A stretch of 63,561 nt of DNA, counting the filler, from Choristocarpus tenellus KU-1152 (Eukaryota; Protista; Phaeophyceae): the NCBI GenBank assembly GCA_964200185.2. It is 8 parts of 8 records of this genome, joined end to end, with 100 filler letters (N's around TTAATTAATTAA, not from the genome) between each part and the next. Parts side by side here need not be neighbours in the genome. Positions count along the whole stretch, not along the records: positions 50,589 to 58,884 come from CAXNAD020004880.1; positions 58,985 to 63,561 come from CAXNAD020013942.1; 6 more parts are not named here. One strand, written 5' to 3'. Shown piece by piece: positions 52,785 through 63,561 of this stretch (positions within the stretch are counted from its first letter, which is position 1; each line of letters begins with the position of its first letter). A model generated the notes under the pieces. The model saw only the letters and a program-made list of their open reading frames with translations, did no database searches and was not told the origin of the DNA. Both the position numbers and the translations under genes were made by a program.

Positions 52785-53749
52785 ATGTTTGGACCACGTC
52801 CACTTTATACTACACAAGTGTGAATGTGACATCCACGCACACGGGTAACAAATCACCTCACATACCCAACAATGTATTTTGTATAAATTTTATACGGAGG
52901 TTTGTCTGTTAAATACCATTATTGGCGTATGCAATATACCGTCATAGTGACTGAGGTTCCTATCAGGAATCTCTGATTCCATATTTATAATAAGGGCTAC
53001 TTTTGCAGAGGTTCTTATGATATTGAAATGACTTTTCATTGGTTTTCCCCTGACACATCTGCAAAATGTCAAAGCCCACAATAATATATATTCTGATCAT
53101 CATCCTCTCATAAGACTCTCATCACTCCGCAATTTCTGAAAGTCATCACAGTCTTGAAGTACTTGTCCAACCCTAACCTCGTCCTCTCTGTTACAGTTCG
53201 TCATGGTCCGTCTTGCCCAGTGATTCTCTTCTCAACCCTTGTCTAAGTCAACCACGCCGCCACAGAATATATATTATCATGTGATCTGACATTTTGCAGA
53301 TGCATCAGGAAAAAAGTCAATTCAATACCATAAGGATCCCTGTAAAAGTAGCAGTTGTCGTAGACGTGAAGATATCACGATTCTTAAATATTCTATATAA
53401 AACGAAATTAAAACAATATAGAAATATCACTGTAGTATTTATATATATGCTCAGTACTAGAGTAGAAACTTGAAATTTAGGATACACTATCCAAGAATAG
53501 CGATAAAATATAAAATAGGAGGCATAGCCATGACATGGGCGGTCCAAGTGTGAGAAAAATATTACCTGCCCGGTCACAGATAAAATGTTCCAGCATTACT
53601 GAGACCATGGCCATCACTTTCTAAACATGAACAGGGTCACTGGCAGGCCATGTACAACCAAGTTCGAACATGATCGAGTCCATGACCATTGATGGTTTCA
53701 ACATGGCTGGTCATGGACCGACCCACGGCCATGAGGGCAATAGTGTACA

Positions 53750-54250
53750 TGCTGGTGCACATCATGCAGCGCTTGAGTGTCGGCAAGAGGAGTGACCATA
53801 TTGATGAAAATCTCTCCGATGCTCTTGGCACTCTGCACCTCAAACCCAACGGAAAACCATCTCAGGCTTCCGTTGATGCAGAGAGAGCATGGATCGGTGT
53901 GGAAGACAACGATGAAGTGGCCAATGCAATACTAGAGCACATGAAATACCAGCTGCTCGAGGAATCCTTGTACCAGTCAGACAATGAAAGCTCGGGTGAT
54001 GAGGATGACGATGGGTTTATGGGAGGGGGTGGCATATCGGGGGCTGGGAGGAAAGGAGTAGCCCCTTCAGTGTTCTTGATTTCTCCAATGCCGTATTCCC
54101 AAGTAGCTAATAAGTTTGCAAGCTTAGTAACAACTGCCGAAGAGTGCTCATAAATGATGTTTCGTACTATCTCTGGAAAGCAAAGCTGGCTTGGCTCAGA
54201 ACAATCGGGGCGAGGGCAATCAGACAAGCGGTTACTCGTGATTTTCTTGG
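53750..54250 (+). pseudogene. possible C-terminal remnant of a pogo/Tigger-like transposase
   Basis: Acidic tract followed by PYSQVANKFASLVTTAEEC..AKLAWL..AIRQAVTRDF; resemblance recalled, not searched; catalytic domain not seen. Confidence 0.35.
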
Positions 54251-54923
54251 CAGTCATGATTTTTTTATTAGCGAATAAGTTGTTTTACTCAGTGCGTGCA
54301 ATGGGGAGTGCATGGTGGTGCAGCTGTATTTGATCTACGGTGGCACTTTTGATGCTGTACTGTATAATATCCTTACAGAGTATAACTGAGTAGGGTAGGG
54401 CATTGGAGGGAGATTGGCTTTGAAAGTTGATTTGATTTGAACTGCGAGTCATCTGTCCATCCAACGGCTTGCGAATGCTTTTCGTTGGAAGGTACACTAT
54501 ACATATGAGTGAATACATCGTAATGAGTGTAATTTACCAAAGTTACAGTAAAGTGGTACCAGTAGCTTTGCCCTCTGTGACGTTTCTGCTTGTTTTGACC
54601 GTGTGGGCCCAACAGGTATACAACAATATATATATCAAATGAAAGGGTATGACAAGAGCTTTTGAAGGTTTGTACCCACAAATGCACAGGCTTCAGGGGA
54701 ACGGGAGCTATGTCCTGACGAAATAATGGAAACAACGCGGGGGAATATCTCCGGCGCAATTTTGATGGTCACGACTTCGAAACTCGTTGGGGTGGGGTGC
54801 TTGGCTGGACTCTTTGCGGGGGGCTGGTCCAGGGTAGGTAGCTGCCCAAATTTGGCCGGTGGGGCGGTACCGAAAAAAAAAAAGCGGACAAAATCCCCAA
54901 GATTTCCGGACATTTTTATCGCG

Positions 54924-55183
54924 GAGCCAAAGTATCTTGGAGGGTAGAGGAGCCACGTCCATTTGGGGGCCAAAATCCAATGTTGCGATTTCCATGTTAT
55001 TTTGGTTATTGTGTTTGTTGGAAGTGTCGATATCCATGTTCCGGACACACTTTTTCATAACATATACACTTTACCTACTCCTAAACAATTTGGAGTAGGA
55101 AAATGTCATGAAAGAACCCATTGGAAGCCAAGCCACAAAAGGACAAACAGGGCAAAACTCGTACCCTCTAAGATAATTCACTC
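54924..55183 (+). mobile_element. MITE-A nested in transposon copy 2
   Basis: Absent from the paralogous site in copy 1 (~10318); flanks CGCG / CGGG. Confidence 0.9.
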
Positions 55184-55683
55184 CGGGACATCTTTTTAAC
55201 GTCTTTTGCAGACTTTCTGTGAGCATGCACACGTGTGACTTACATAGCAACATGCCCCCTGAATCTACTCTCAGCACCTTCTCTGTCGAGAGACAACGGA
55301 AAAGCAAGTACCGTGTGACACTCAGTGCGATGTTAGGTGACGAGAAAGTGCGAGTAGTGTGGCGCAGAAGCATGATCAAATCGTGAAATGGATCGCAGGG
55401 TCGTGACACTGACGCTGAGAGATGCATTGAATGCATTACCACACAAACGTGGTTGCATCTTCAACCGATGCGGAGCACTGCTCTGCAGGCTCTGCCACCT
55501 CTGGAAAGCAGGAAGAGAGCGGTGAGTCCATCACTAGGTGGTACAGTGACAAAGTCTGTGGGGAAGCCTAGACACGGCGGGCGAAGGGAGAACCGGGGTG
55601 GCTGCCCGAGGGGAAGGTTGGGGAAGAGAGCAGTGCAACTGTGTGCCATTGCACTCAGGAAACGCCTAAGCAAAAACCCAGGT

Positions 55684-55941
55684 GAGTCAAAGTATCTTAG
55701 AGGGTAGGGCCGCGTCCATTTGGGGGCCAAAATCCAATGCTGCAATTTCGATGTATTTTCGGTTATTGTGTTTGCTAGGAAGTGTCAACACCCTTGTTCC
55801 GAACACACCTTTTCATAACGTATACATCTTACCTACTCTGAAACATTTCGGAGTAGGAAAATGTAATAAAAAAAACATGGGAAACCAAGCCCCAAATGGA
55901 CAAAAAGGGCAAAACTCGTACCCTCTAAGATACTTTCACTC
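55684..55941 (+). mobile_element. MITE-A nested in transposon copy 2, 4-bp TSD AGGT
   Basis: The empty site in copy 1 (AAAAACCCGGGTGTAG, ~10818-10833) confirms the insertion and the TSD. Confidence 0.95.
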
Positions 55942-58399
55942 AGGTGTATAATATCTTAGTAGTCGACAGTTGCAGCAGGCCCTGGCTGTTTGGAAGCTGT
56001 GCGGGTCAGAGTGGCTTAAGGAAAAGAGAAAGAAGGTGTTAAGGTTGGGCTACAAGGGCTCTGAAGCCCGAAAGAAGACCGTAAGGGCCTTGCAAGGTGG
56101 TGGAGAAGCGATTGTAACAAAGGCAGCTGTGGAGAGTTTTCGATACCACAAAATCCTCTACTTAGAAGAGGTCGTGAAGCAGGTGGAGGTAGCCATCAAC
56201 GAGGACGCCAGGGAACAAGAGGAGATGAGATTAAGACTATTTGCACACCTGCGGTTTGGTGTCTCCCACTTCTTGCAAGATGCCATACATTCACTTTTGT
56301 TCCTGGACTTGGGCTTGGACGTATAAAGTTGATTAAGGCTTTCTCCCAGCCTGCATTCATCGAGAAATCAACACAATTTTCGATCAACTCAAGCCTATCC
56401 TCCCTCACCCTTGTGCCTTGATGAATAGAATATCACCTGCCCAGGAAACATGGACAATGCTCATTTCCGGTGCTCAACAAGGAGATGTGATAGTAAAGGC
56501 TCTAATACTGCGAATCCTGTACCTGTGTATGAATGACGGGAAAGACCGCGAAACGGTGCTCGAGATGGCAGCAGGATATGCGATGGTCAAGTCAGAAACT
56601 ATGAGTAAATGGGAGAGAGACTTCCTAACTATGGGTCACATCAAGTTGTCGGAGCAAGGGCGCTATGAGAGGCGTTTCGTCCTGGGCCTCGACGAGGACA
56701 TCCTTGTCAAGTTCAAAGAGTGGGTGCGTGAACACACACACAGGAAGAAGGGGTGGGGAGGCTTTTTTCCCACCTAAGCCCTATACTTTAATCAAGTAAT
56801 AGTGCATCTGTTGCCACTCTTGGTGACCTACAATCCAGGGTTCGAACCCCAGTATGACCAATCTTTCTTCAAAAAAGAAAGAAATGGCGAAAAATAAACA
56901 CAAAGCCCGCACTCTGGAGGGCCTTGTTACGGGCATCACGAATATGCTTCTTTTTTAAAAATCCGATGTCTACATCAAATGTTACGACGGAACAACCCCA
57001 GAGGGCGAAGCTACTGGTAACACTACTGTATACATATGCACTGGTGTGCCGTGGTGGAGTGGTGTAGATGTGGTGCTTGCTGCACCACCACAGCTTCATC
57101 GAATTGGGCTCACCGAGGGCAATGTTCAGTACATATCTACATGTAACTACTCTTGAAGGCATATGGGAAGCACATACAGGAAGGGTGTCACTCTGTCGTC
57201 GTTCAGGGACAAGTATAAGAGTGTCTACAAGAACTGTTGCTCAATATTAAATAGGTTTCTCCTATCACGATCCCTCGGTTTAAGAGAAAATCAATCTTAC
57301 AAACAATAAGAGAGGGGTGTTTTGCTTGCCCCTACCATCTCTTATATAGGTACAGCCTCTGTATCATTGCCAGATGTAGATCAGATCTTTCAACCTGTTG
57401 ATGGCCAATATACTATAGGGTTAGGGATAGATAACACTGGTGGACATAGACCTGGTCCTGGCCATCATTCGTCCACAAATGTTATCTGTTGCCTTGGTCT
57501 TCATGACTATGGGTCATCTTGTGATCCTTACAAAAAAATAGAACAGATCCTACAACGCCTTGAAACGATTGCAGCCCATCATGTAGATTGGATTGGATAA
57601 CCAGTAAAATGCTCGTCCCACACAGTGCTGGCTTGAAAATTCGTATTTACTGTTATCATACTCCTTTGCATAGTCTGTATATCATGCATTACTGTAATTT
57701 TGTAACCTATCGTTTCAGTATAGAGATTATTGTACTTATGTGCGGTACAGATCCTCGCCAATTTTGTTTTAATGGCTTGTTTGTCTTGGGCGAATCTCGT
57801 GGTCGACTATCTAGTTTAGACAAATTGTTTATGTGACATTTTGTCATAGATGGGTATAGTCTATCGTTTTGTGAGGAAATTAGATGACTGGTGACATATG
57901 TTACTTCACCAGTCACAACTAGGTCTGATTTATCTGACATCTTGTGTTGACCAGGTTTATCAATTGTTGCAAATAGATTATACATATATGTTGGTGGCAT
58001 TTATATAAATTATGATGCAATTAATATTATCTCTCAACTCTCCTCATTTGCATGAGTAGACACATACGGTAGTGAAGAGACCGTTTCACCGGGCACATTA
58101 GCATCGCTGTGCTAAAGGTGGCTGTTCATTACATCATGTCATGTTTTCATGAAATGGATTTATTGATCATCATGCAACAACTATTCAAGTTGACCACAAG
58201 GTAAGAGATGGAGTCTTCAAGTGAGTCATACATGTAATTTACTTTGTTTTTCAAGTGGCACGATCCTGCTGACATGATGCAATGATTGTGCAGTCACCTC
58301 ATATTGTTTTTTGGAGAGTTGAGCCACCAACATCGTACGTCCAAGTTGTTCACTTGGAATATCGTCGCCGTGAACAATATTCCAATCATTAGAATTTGA

Positions 58400-58690
58400 C
58401 ATATATTTCCTTGTCTTCCCCTAATATGTGTTTATGAGTATGTTTTTCCGAAGGTGGATCTCCCATCTCTATCCAGATTGTGATCCTCCCCACATCCACA
58501 GATGCCCACTTTTTCCTGCAACTCCTCTCAATCTTACACTTGTCCAACCATACCCTCATCCTCTCGGTATGGTTCATCTTTGTCTGTCTGGTCCACCTTG
58601 CCCGGTTACTCTCTTCACCACCCTTCCCGGAGTGAACCATGAGAATTACACAATTCATAACTTGGTGATTTTGAACAGGCTAGGAATGCA
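58400..58690 (-). mobile_element. second, more diverged copy of the SINE-like body
   Basis: Reverse complement aligns by eye with 9625-9910 (e.g. AAGATGAACC..ACCGAGAGGA..TATGGTTGGACAAGTG, AAAAAC(G/A)TACTCATAA); eroded B-box GTTCAAAATC. Confidence 0.6.
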
Positions 58691-60075
58691 CAGAAATTGC
58701 ATGTCTTATAAACTACAACCACAACCAACCAGTAACTCCTTAGCATTGTAGGAACTTTGCCCCTCCTGAAATTAAAATAAAACTAGAGATGGCTGACCCA
58801 CCATATGGAAGTGGGTGTGTCATCTCTGAAGGGGTCATAAAATTAGATACCGATACAAGACCAATCCATCAAGTACAGGGGGGGNNNNNNNNNNNNNNNN
58901 NNNNNNNNNNNNNNNNNNNNNNNNNNNNTTAATTAATTAANNNNNNNNNNNNNNNNNNNNNNNNNNNNNNNNNNNNNNNNNNNNAGGGGGGGGGGGGTGA
59001 TTGGACTACCGAATGGGAAGATGCAGACGTGTCATTTTTTTTCTTTCTATTTTTTTGTTACGTGTGAGGGGGGACAGACCTCTGGGTGAAAAAAAAATCG
59101 TTTCTGCTGCTGTTTTTCGGTAGATACTTCTAAAAAAAAAAAATGTTTAGAATAACTTGGACGTGTTTGCTTTGGTGCTCTGAAGTGCCACTATTATAGT
59201 ATGCAGTACTTCAGACACGTTTGCGTGGGGAGCGCTAGTTTTGGGGTTGGACAACTGCTGGTAGTTGGAGAGTCCCTGCAGGGATTTCTTTTCCCCTCCA
59301 TAGGCAGTTCAGAATTCCTCCTCAACTCCTGCCTAATGCCAGGACAGTCGATGTTACGTTATCACTGGATACAGTCAGGACAGTCCATTGTCAGAAGGTC
59401 CGCCTACGACTCCACACCACAGTAAAAACTCACCTGATTTCACAATCACATGGGGGGCTCCCGGTATAGGTGTTGGGGATTATAGAAGTTGGAGGCGAAT
59501 TGCCAGGGGGCTGCCAGCAGGGATTGTGCTTCTCTATTGAGTTTTTGGCCACAGCGCGTACAGAAAGTTCAGTGTGAGTATTGAGGTAGACGGTGAGTAT
59601 TGAGCGAAAAGCTTACGGTTTGGGTTAAGGCTGGGTGAGCAATAGGGCTGGGAGAGGGGTTGTAGTAGAGTTGGCCGGTGAAAGTACTACCTGATTGAGG
59701 GATACTTGTTGTTGGAGTAGGCCAATGCTAACTATTTGTTGTTATTATTATTATTATTATTAGTGTATTTTATTTTATTTGTTATTGTACCTCATCGACG
59801 GTGCACAAAGTACATGTGTAACAGTATTGATGCCCAGAGTTAGGGACAGGATTAGGATCAGTCTCAAGGTTAGATGCTCAGAAATATCTAACGCTTCTAA
59901 TTGTCATCCATCCCCCTTCACTTCTACAGTACAGTGTTCATCTATCCCTCTCTCGACGTACACATGTATATCTTGCCTATCCTTCAAGTCCCATTCTACC
60001 TGCATCTTCACCTTCCCGATTAACTCTTAATCTTTGCATGGTCCCATGCTTCGACACCATACCCGGGGGGCCCCA

Positions 60076-61011
60076 GGGCCTGCTTAACTGCCCAGAGCTT
60101 TCTCACCACTCGCTTCTTGCCCAGCTGGAACCTGGGCAAATCACTCCTGCGCTCTTCCTTGTCAAGGTGGGATGCAGGATAGAAGAGGCCACACGCAATT
60201 CAATCGCATTTCACTGTTTCACTTTATATACACCAGCAACACTGCGCCGTTATCATATCCCCATGAGATCGAGGTTGGGATACCGTAGTCGTTGAGGGGG
60301 GGATGGCCTTGTTGACTCGTTAGGTAGGCAAGGAGGTGGAAGAGGCCGAGCAATGCGATGCACTAGCGCCTTCGTGATTGTGGAAATACGCCTTTGTGGG
60401 GAGCGGTCGAAACTGTGAGCCGCACCATCTCCTCCTTACTTGCCTTAACTGCAGTCAAAGGAAGGTTGGAGCGCTCTGCACGGAGGGATGTCCCTTTGTG
60501 TGTCTCCATCAAACCTTTCGGTCAAATTCCGTCAGTCCAACACCACATGCACACTGTTCACCCCTGACACATGCCCACACCCGTCACACCTGGCCTGCGT
60601 AAGGCAGCCTGCTGACCTCCCCCATCAACCTGTCCAACAATCCCAACCCTAACCCTAACGCACTAATACCCAATCGCTCTTTTTCTACCAGCACCGAGTC
60701 GGCCCAACTCCCCCCGCTCCCGCCATGGGCCAGCACATTTCACCAGCTCGTGTGCGTTTTGGTCTGCGTCAGCCTCACCGCCCCATGCTTATTTTCCTGG
60801 AAGTTTCCACCAACAATGCCTCTTTTGAGGTTGAACACTGACTCATGTATGCACATTTTTTTGCTCTTCTTTTTTTTCTTTTATTTCAGGCAGTAGTGAC
60901 AGCTGCAAGGTGGGCAGTGGATGAGGAGCCTCTACTTGCCCTGCACAAGGCATGCCGGAGACCTTTGCCTTGCCCGTGCCCTCTCAGCCCTGATGGGACC
61001 ACGTTATCCAG
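60076..61011 (+). CDS. two possible exons of an unidentified gene (~60076-60166, ~60890-61011)
   Basis: Pyrimidine-rich cag acceptors and gtggg donors around open segments; no motif recognised. Confidence 0.3.
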
Positions 61012-61849
61012 GTGGGTAGTGGATCCCAGTCTGGGGAGGGAATATTTCATCAGTGTCTTTTTTTGTTTGTCAGGTTTTTGTGGCTGTCCGATTTTTCTAT
61101 GAGCGGTAGGAGCAAGGTGTTGCAAAAAGAGGTGTATCCCTGTGAATGCAGCAAAATCTTGAGAAGAGGGACAGAGGACGTTTTTGGTAGGAGCAATCGC
61201 AGAATCGTGTATGTTGTTACTGTTTATGATGTCAGAAGTGTGTTGTACCCTATGAAGACCGGCGTGTCAGAATCAGAACCTGCCTATGTTGTGTTGATCT
61301 CTCCGTTGTCTACTATCTTCGGCCCTAGGTTGTAGAGTGGTCGGTATCTCAAAGAGGGACATAGACGAGGAATGATTTTGGTGCTTGACCCTTCAATGCG
61401 AGGGGAGGAAGAATTGGGATTTGTCGTTGGGTTCATGCACTAATAATCATAATGGACAACGTGGTGTGGGGATAGGACTGCAGCGTTTCAGGGCGTGCAA
61501 TGTGCGTGGTGTTCTTAAGGCTGTTAAAGCACTCAATTATGTCCAACATTTGTACATTGTGGGTGCACATCTCTCCTGACGTCCTTACGTGGAAATGACA
61601 TAGATGTGAGGTTGGCTTCTGAGGTAATTGAAAACAATACTGAACATGATTTTATATTGGTACTGTCAAGTTTCACTTTATGGAGGGTAAGTGGGTGAGG
61701 TACATGACGCACATACCTATATCCTTGGAATATCTCAAGTCACGTGTATAGCCACTATGCAAGAGTCATCCTCCATGATGTAAGCAGCTTCTTGAAGTGG
61801 TGTGATGCTGCAGTATCCAGGATGAAGTTACTTGCAGTCCCAATAAAGA

Positions 61850-62480
61850 GAGATGAAACCACCCACCAGCGAGCCCTAACTATGCTTGTTTAAATGTCCT
61901 ACCCAGCACCAGATGCCTTGATCGGAAGCATTTTTAATCCTACCCTCTCTTCAGTGTCCCGCGGAAGGACACCTCGTGTCCCATCTGTGAAGCCAGTCGA
62001 ATGTTGATGTCGAAACTTTGTACACCACGTTTTGTTAACTATTGTCTGACGATCCACCCCTGCCTCTGGCGCTTTATCTGGGTGCTAACAGTTCATCGCA
62101 GCTGACAAGAAAGAGACGCCGGCAGGGTTTTCCCCATGCCCCTGGGCAACAAAGAGTAACTGGAGGGCAAGGCAATGCCAAGCGCAAGGCTCCTGTGGTG
62201 ACATGTCCCTTCTGCACCGTAAGATGTGCATCGGCAATGGACCATCTGTACTGCTAGTCTATTCAGGAATTGTAAATAATACTACCAGGAATTCGAGGGG
62301 TACTATTCTAATGCTGAGCATTAGGCTTGATGTTGCGACATGCCAATCCATGAATCCAAGGGTAGGTTGGCACAAGAAATCTGATGTTGTACTCAGGATG
62401 GTTGAGAAGTGCAAGTTATGACCGATGGTATGCAGACAGCACTAATACGTGTGCATGGAAGTACTCAGTATGATAGGGCA
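61850..62480 (+). mobile_element. decayed 3' part of an RLE-type (CRE-like) non-LTR retrotransposon
   Basis: Fragments LNVLP, CPFC..H..C and RLDVATCQ....EKCK resemble zinc-knuckle/restriction-like endonuclease regions. Confidence 0.35.
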
Positions 62481-63561
62481 CAGTTTGATGTGCTTTTGGA
62501 GTGCGGAAGACTCAGTCTTCATGAGGGAGTTGGTAGATGGAGGAAGGATAAGAAATAAATCAAAAGGGCGAGAATCGAATGGGATTGGTTCCGATTTTAT
62601 CTCATGTCCTTGTTCCGTTAAGTGATAGGAACTATCCTGAATGTTTTTTGGCACGACTCGAGATCCAAGTGCATACGAGAGTGGACATTAATTATTAGAT
62701 GGAGCTCAACGTATTGTGGGATACTAAGTCTCTTTTGTCTCATTCTTGTTTCACTCAACATCACATGCTTCACTATTCCTCTTGCAGAGAACCTGTTATT
62801 TTTTTCCTTCAACCCAAGGAGAAGATTAAACATTGTAGAACTCTCAAATCGCTCAGAGTTAGTTCATTCATGCGCGCGAAAATATGCTGTTAAGACCTGC
62901 CCTAATTTTAAGGTTTCACTGAGTCATACACAACAGTCGTGCAACCTGTGAGATGTTGAAGTGCTCTTCTCTGGTCAGTCAATTTTTCGCTCTTTGCAAT
63001 GGTTCATTTCCCCTCCGTCACTCCCAACGTGTACCCTTCTTACAATTGGGACCCGTTCTATTGTGTATGTTATGATAAGCAAGGCCACTCTCTCCCAGCC
63101 TTTATCCCCCCAACATTAACGTGGTTGTGCTGGTTGGTACTAACACGTAAGAGGGTTTAGTGTTATTTCCAGGGGGAGGGGATATAATGTTTTCTGATCA
63201 TGATCCTCTCCTTTGATTCCCCTACCAGTGGAAACGAACCAGTTATTAGTACGAACACATCACGCTCAATCCAAAACAAACAGGACATACTACAATTTCC
63301 GCCAATTGTGTCTTTTTTTAAATAGAATTGTGGAAACGAATCCCGTTTGACTGCTGTAGTAGTGTTCTCCAATATTTTAGTATAATATGTGGAATCACGG
63401 AGCAGCACATCATGGAGGTTAGGAGCATCGTGTGTGTGCCCAGTTTTTTGGCCCCTGTCCGCTACATACCCTGGTGTAGACCCCCCCCCCCCCCCCCCCA
63501 CACACATGCACCTTATTTTTCGAACACCACAATTTCTGACCCCCCCCAACAAATAAACACT

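Larger units (their letters stand above)
54696..57030 (+). mobile_element. decayed IS630/Tc1-like transposon, copy 2, carrying two MITE-A insertions
   Basis: Colinear with 10096-11910 once the MITEs at 54924-55183 and 55684-55941 are removed. ORFs 55453-55707, 55970-56326 and 56418-56777 match copy 1 peptides. Confidence 0.75.

Noticed and set aside
54714-54735. CTGACGA...GAAAC hammerhead-like core at the transposon left end
   Set aside because: No stem II pairing, and the motif is not conserved in copy 1 (CCCGATCAAATAATGGGGAAAG)
57441-57462. GGACATAG... as the right TIR of the Tc1-like element
   Set aside because: Only ~8 bases match the reverse complement of the left end
60640-60660. CCCTAA telomere-like repeats
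   Set aside because: Only about two and a half units, internal, no array

Overview
Eukaryotic, repeat-rich genomic DNA, probably from a photosynthetic stramenopile (brown alga or relative). This is inferred from intron-rich genes and a signal-peptide + 'AF' bipartite plastid presequence. The window is eight contigs joined by seven artificial 100-nt spacers (44 N + TTAATTAATTAA + 44 N), so adjacency across spacers is not reliable. Host genes: a large multi-exon RCC1-repeat gene (minus, ~13.1-25.2 kb), the 5' part of a plastid-targeted histone-deacetylase-family gene (minus, 28.3-29.3 kb) and a three-exon FSH1/OVCA2-type serine hydrolase (plus, 46.8-48.7 kb). Mobile DNA: a decayed Ty1/copia element with one LTR (1-5114), two decayed copies of an IS630/Tc1-like transposon, non-LTR remnants, two tRNA-derived SINE-like families, and at least 13 complete copies of three related MITE families sharing a terminal CAAAGTATCT motif. 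The most striking observation is that the ~258-bp MITE becomes a precisely removable GT-AG intron (AG|GTGAGT...CTAAG...CTTTCACTCAG|GT) when it duplicates an AGGT target, so it is an introner-like candidate. Also notable is a ~2.7-kb diverged fold-back palindrome centred near 39.89 kb.
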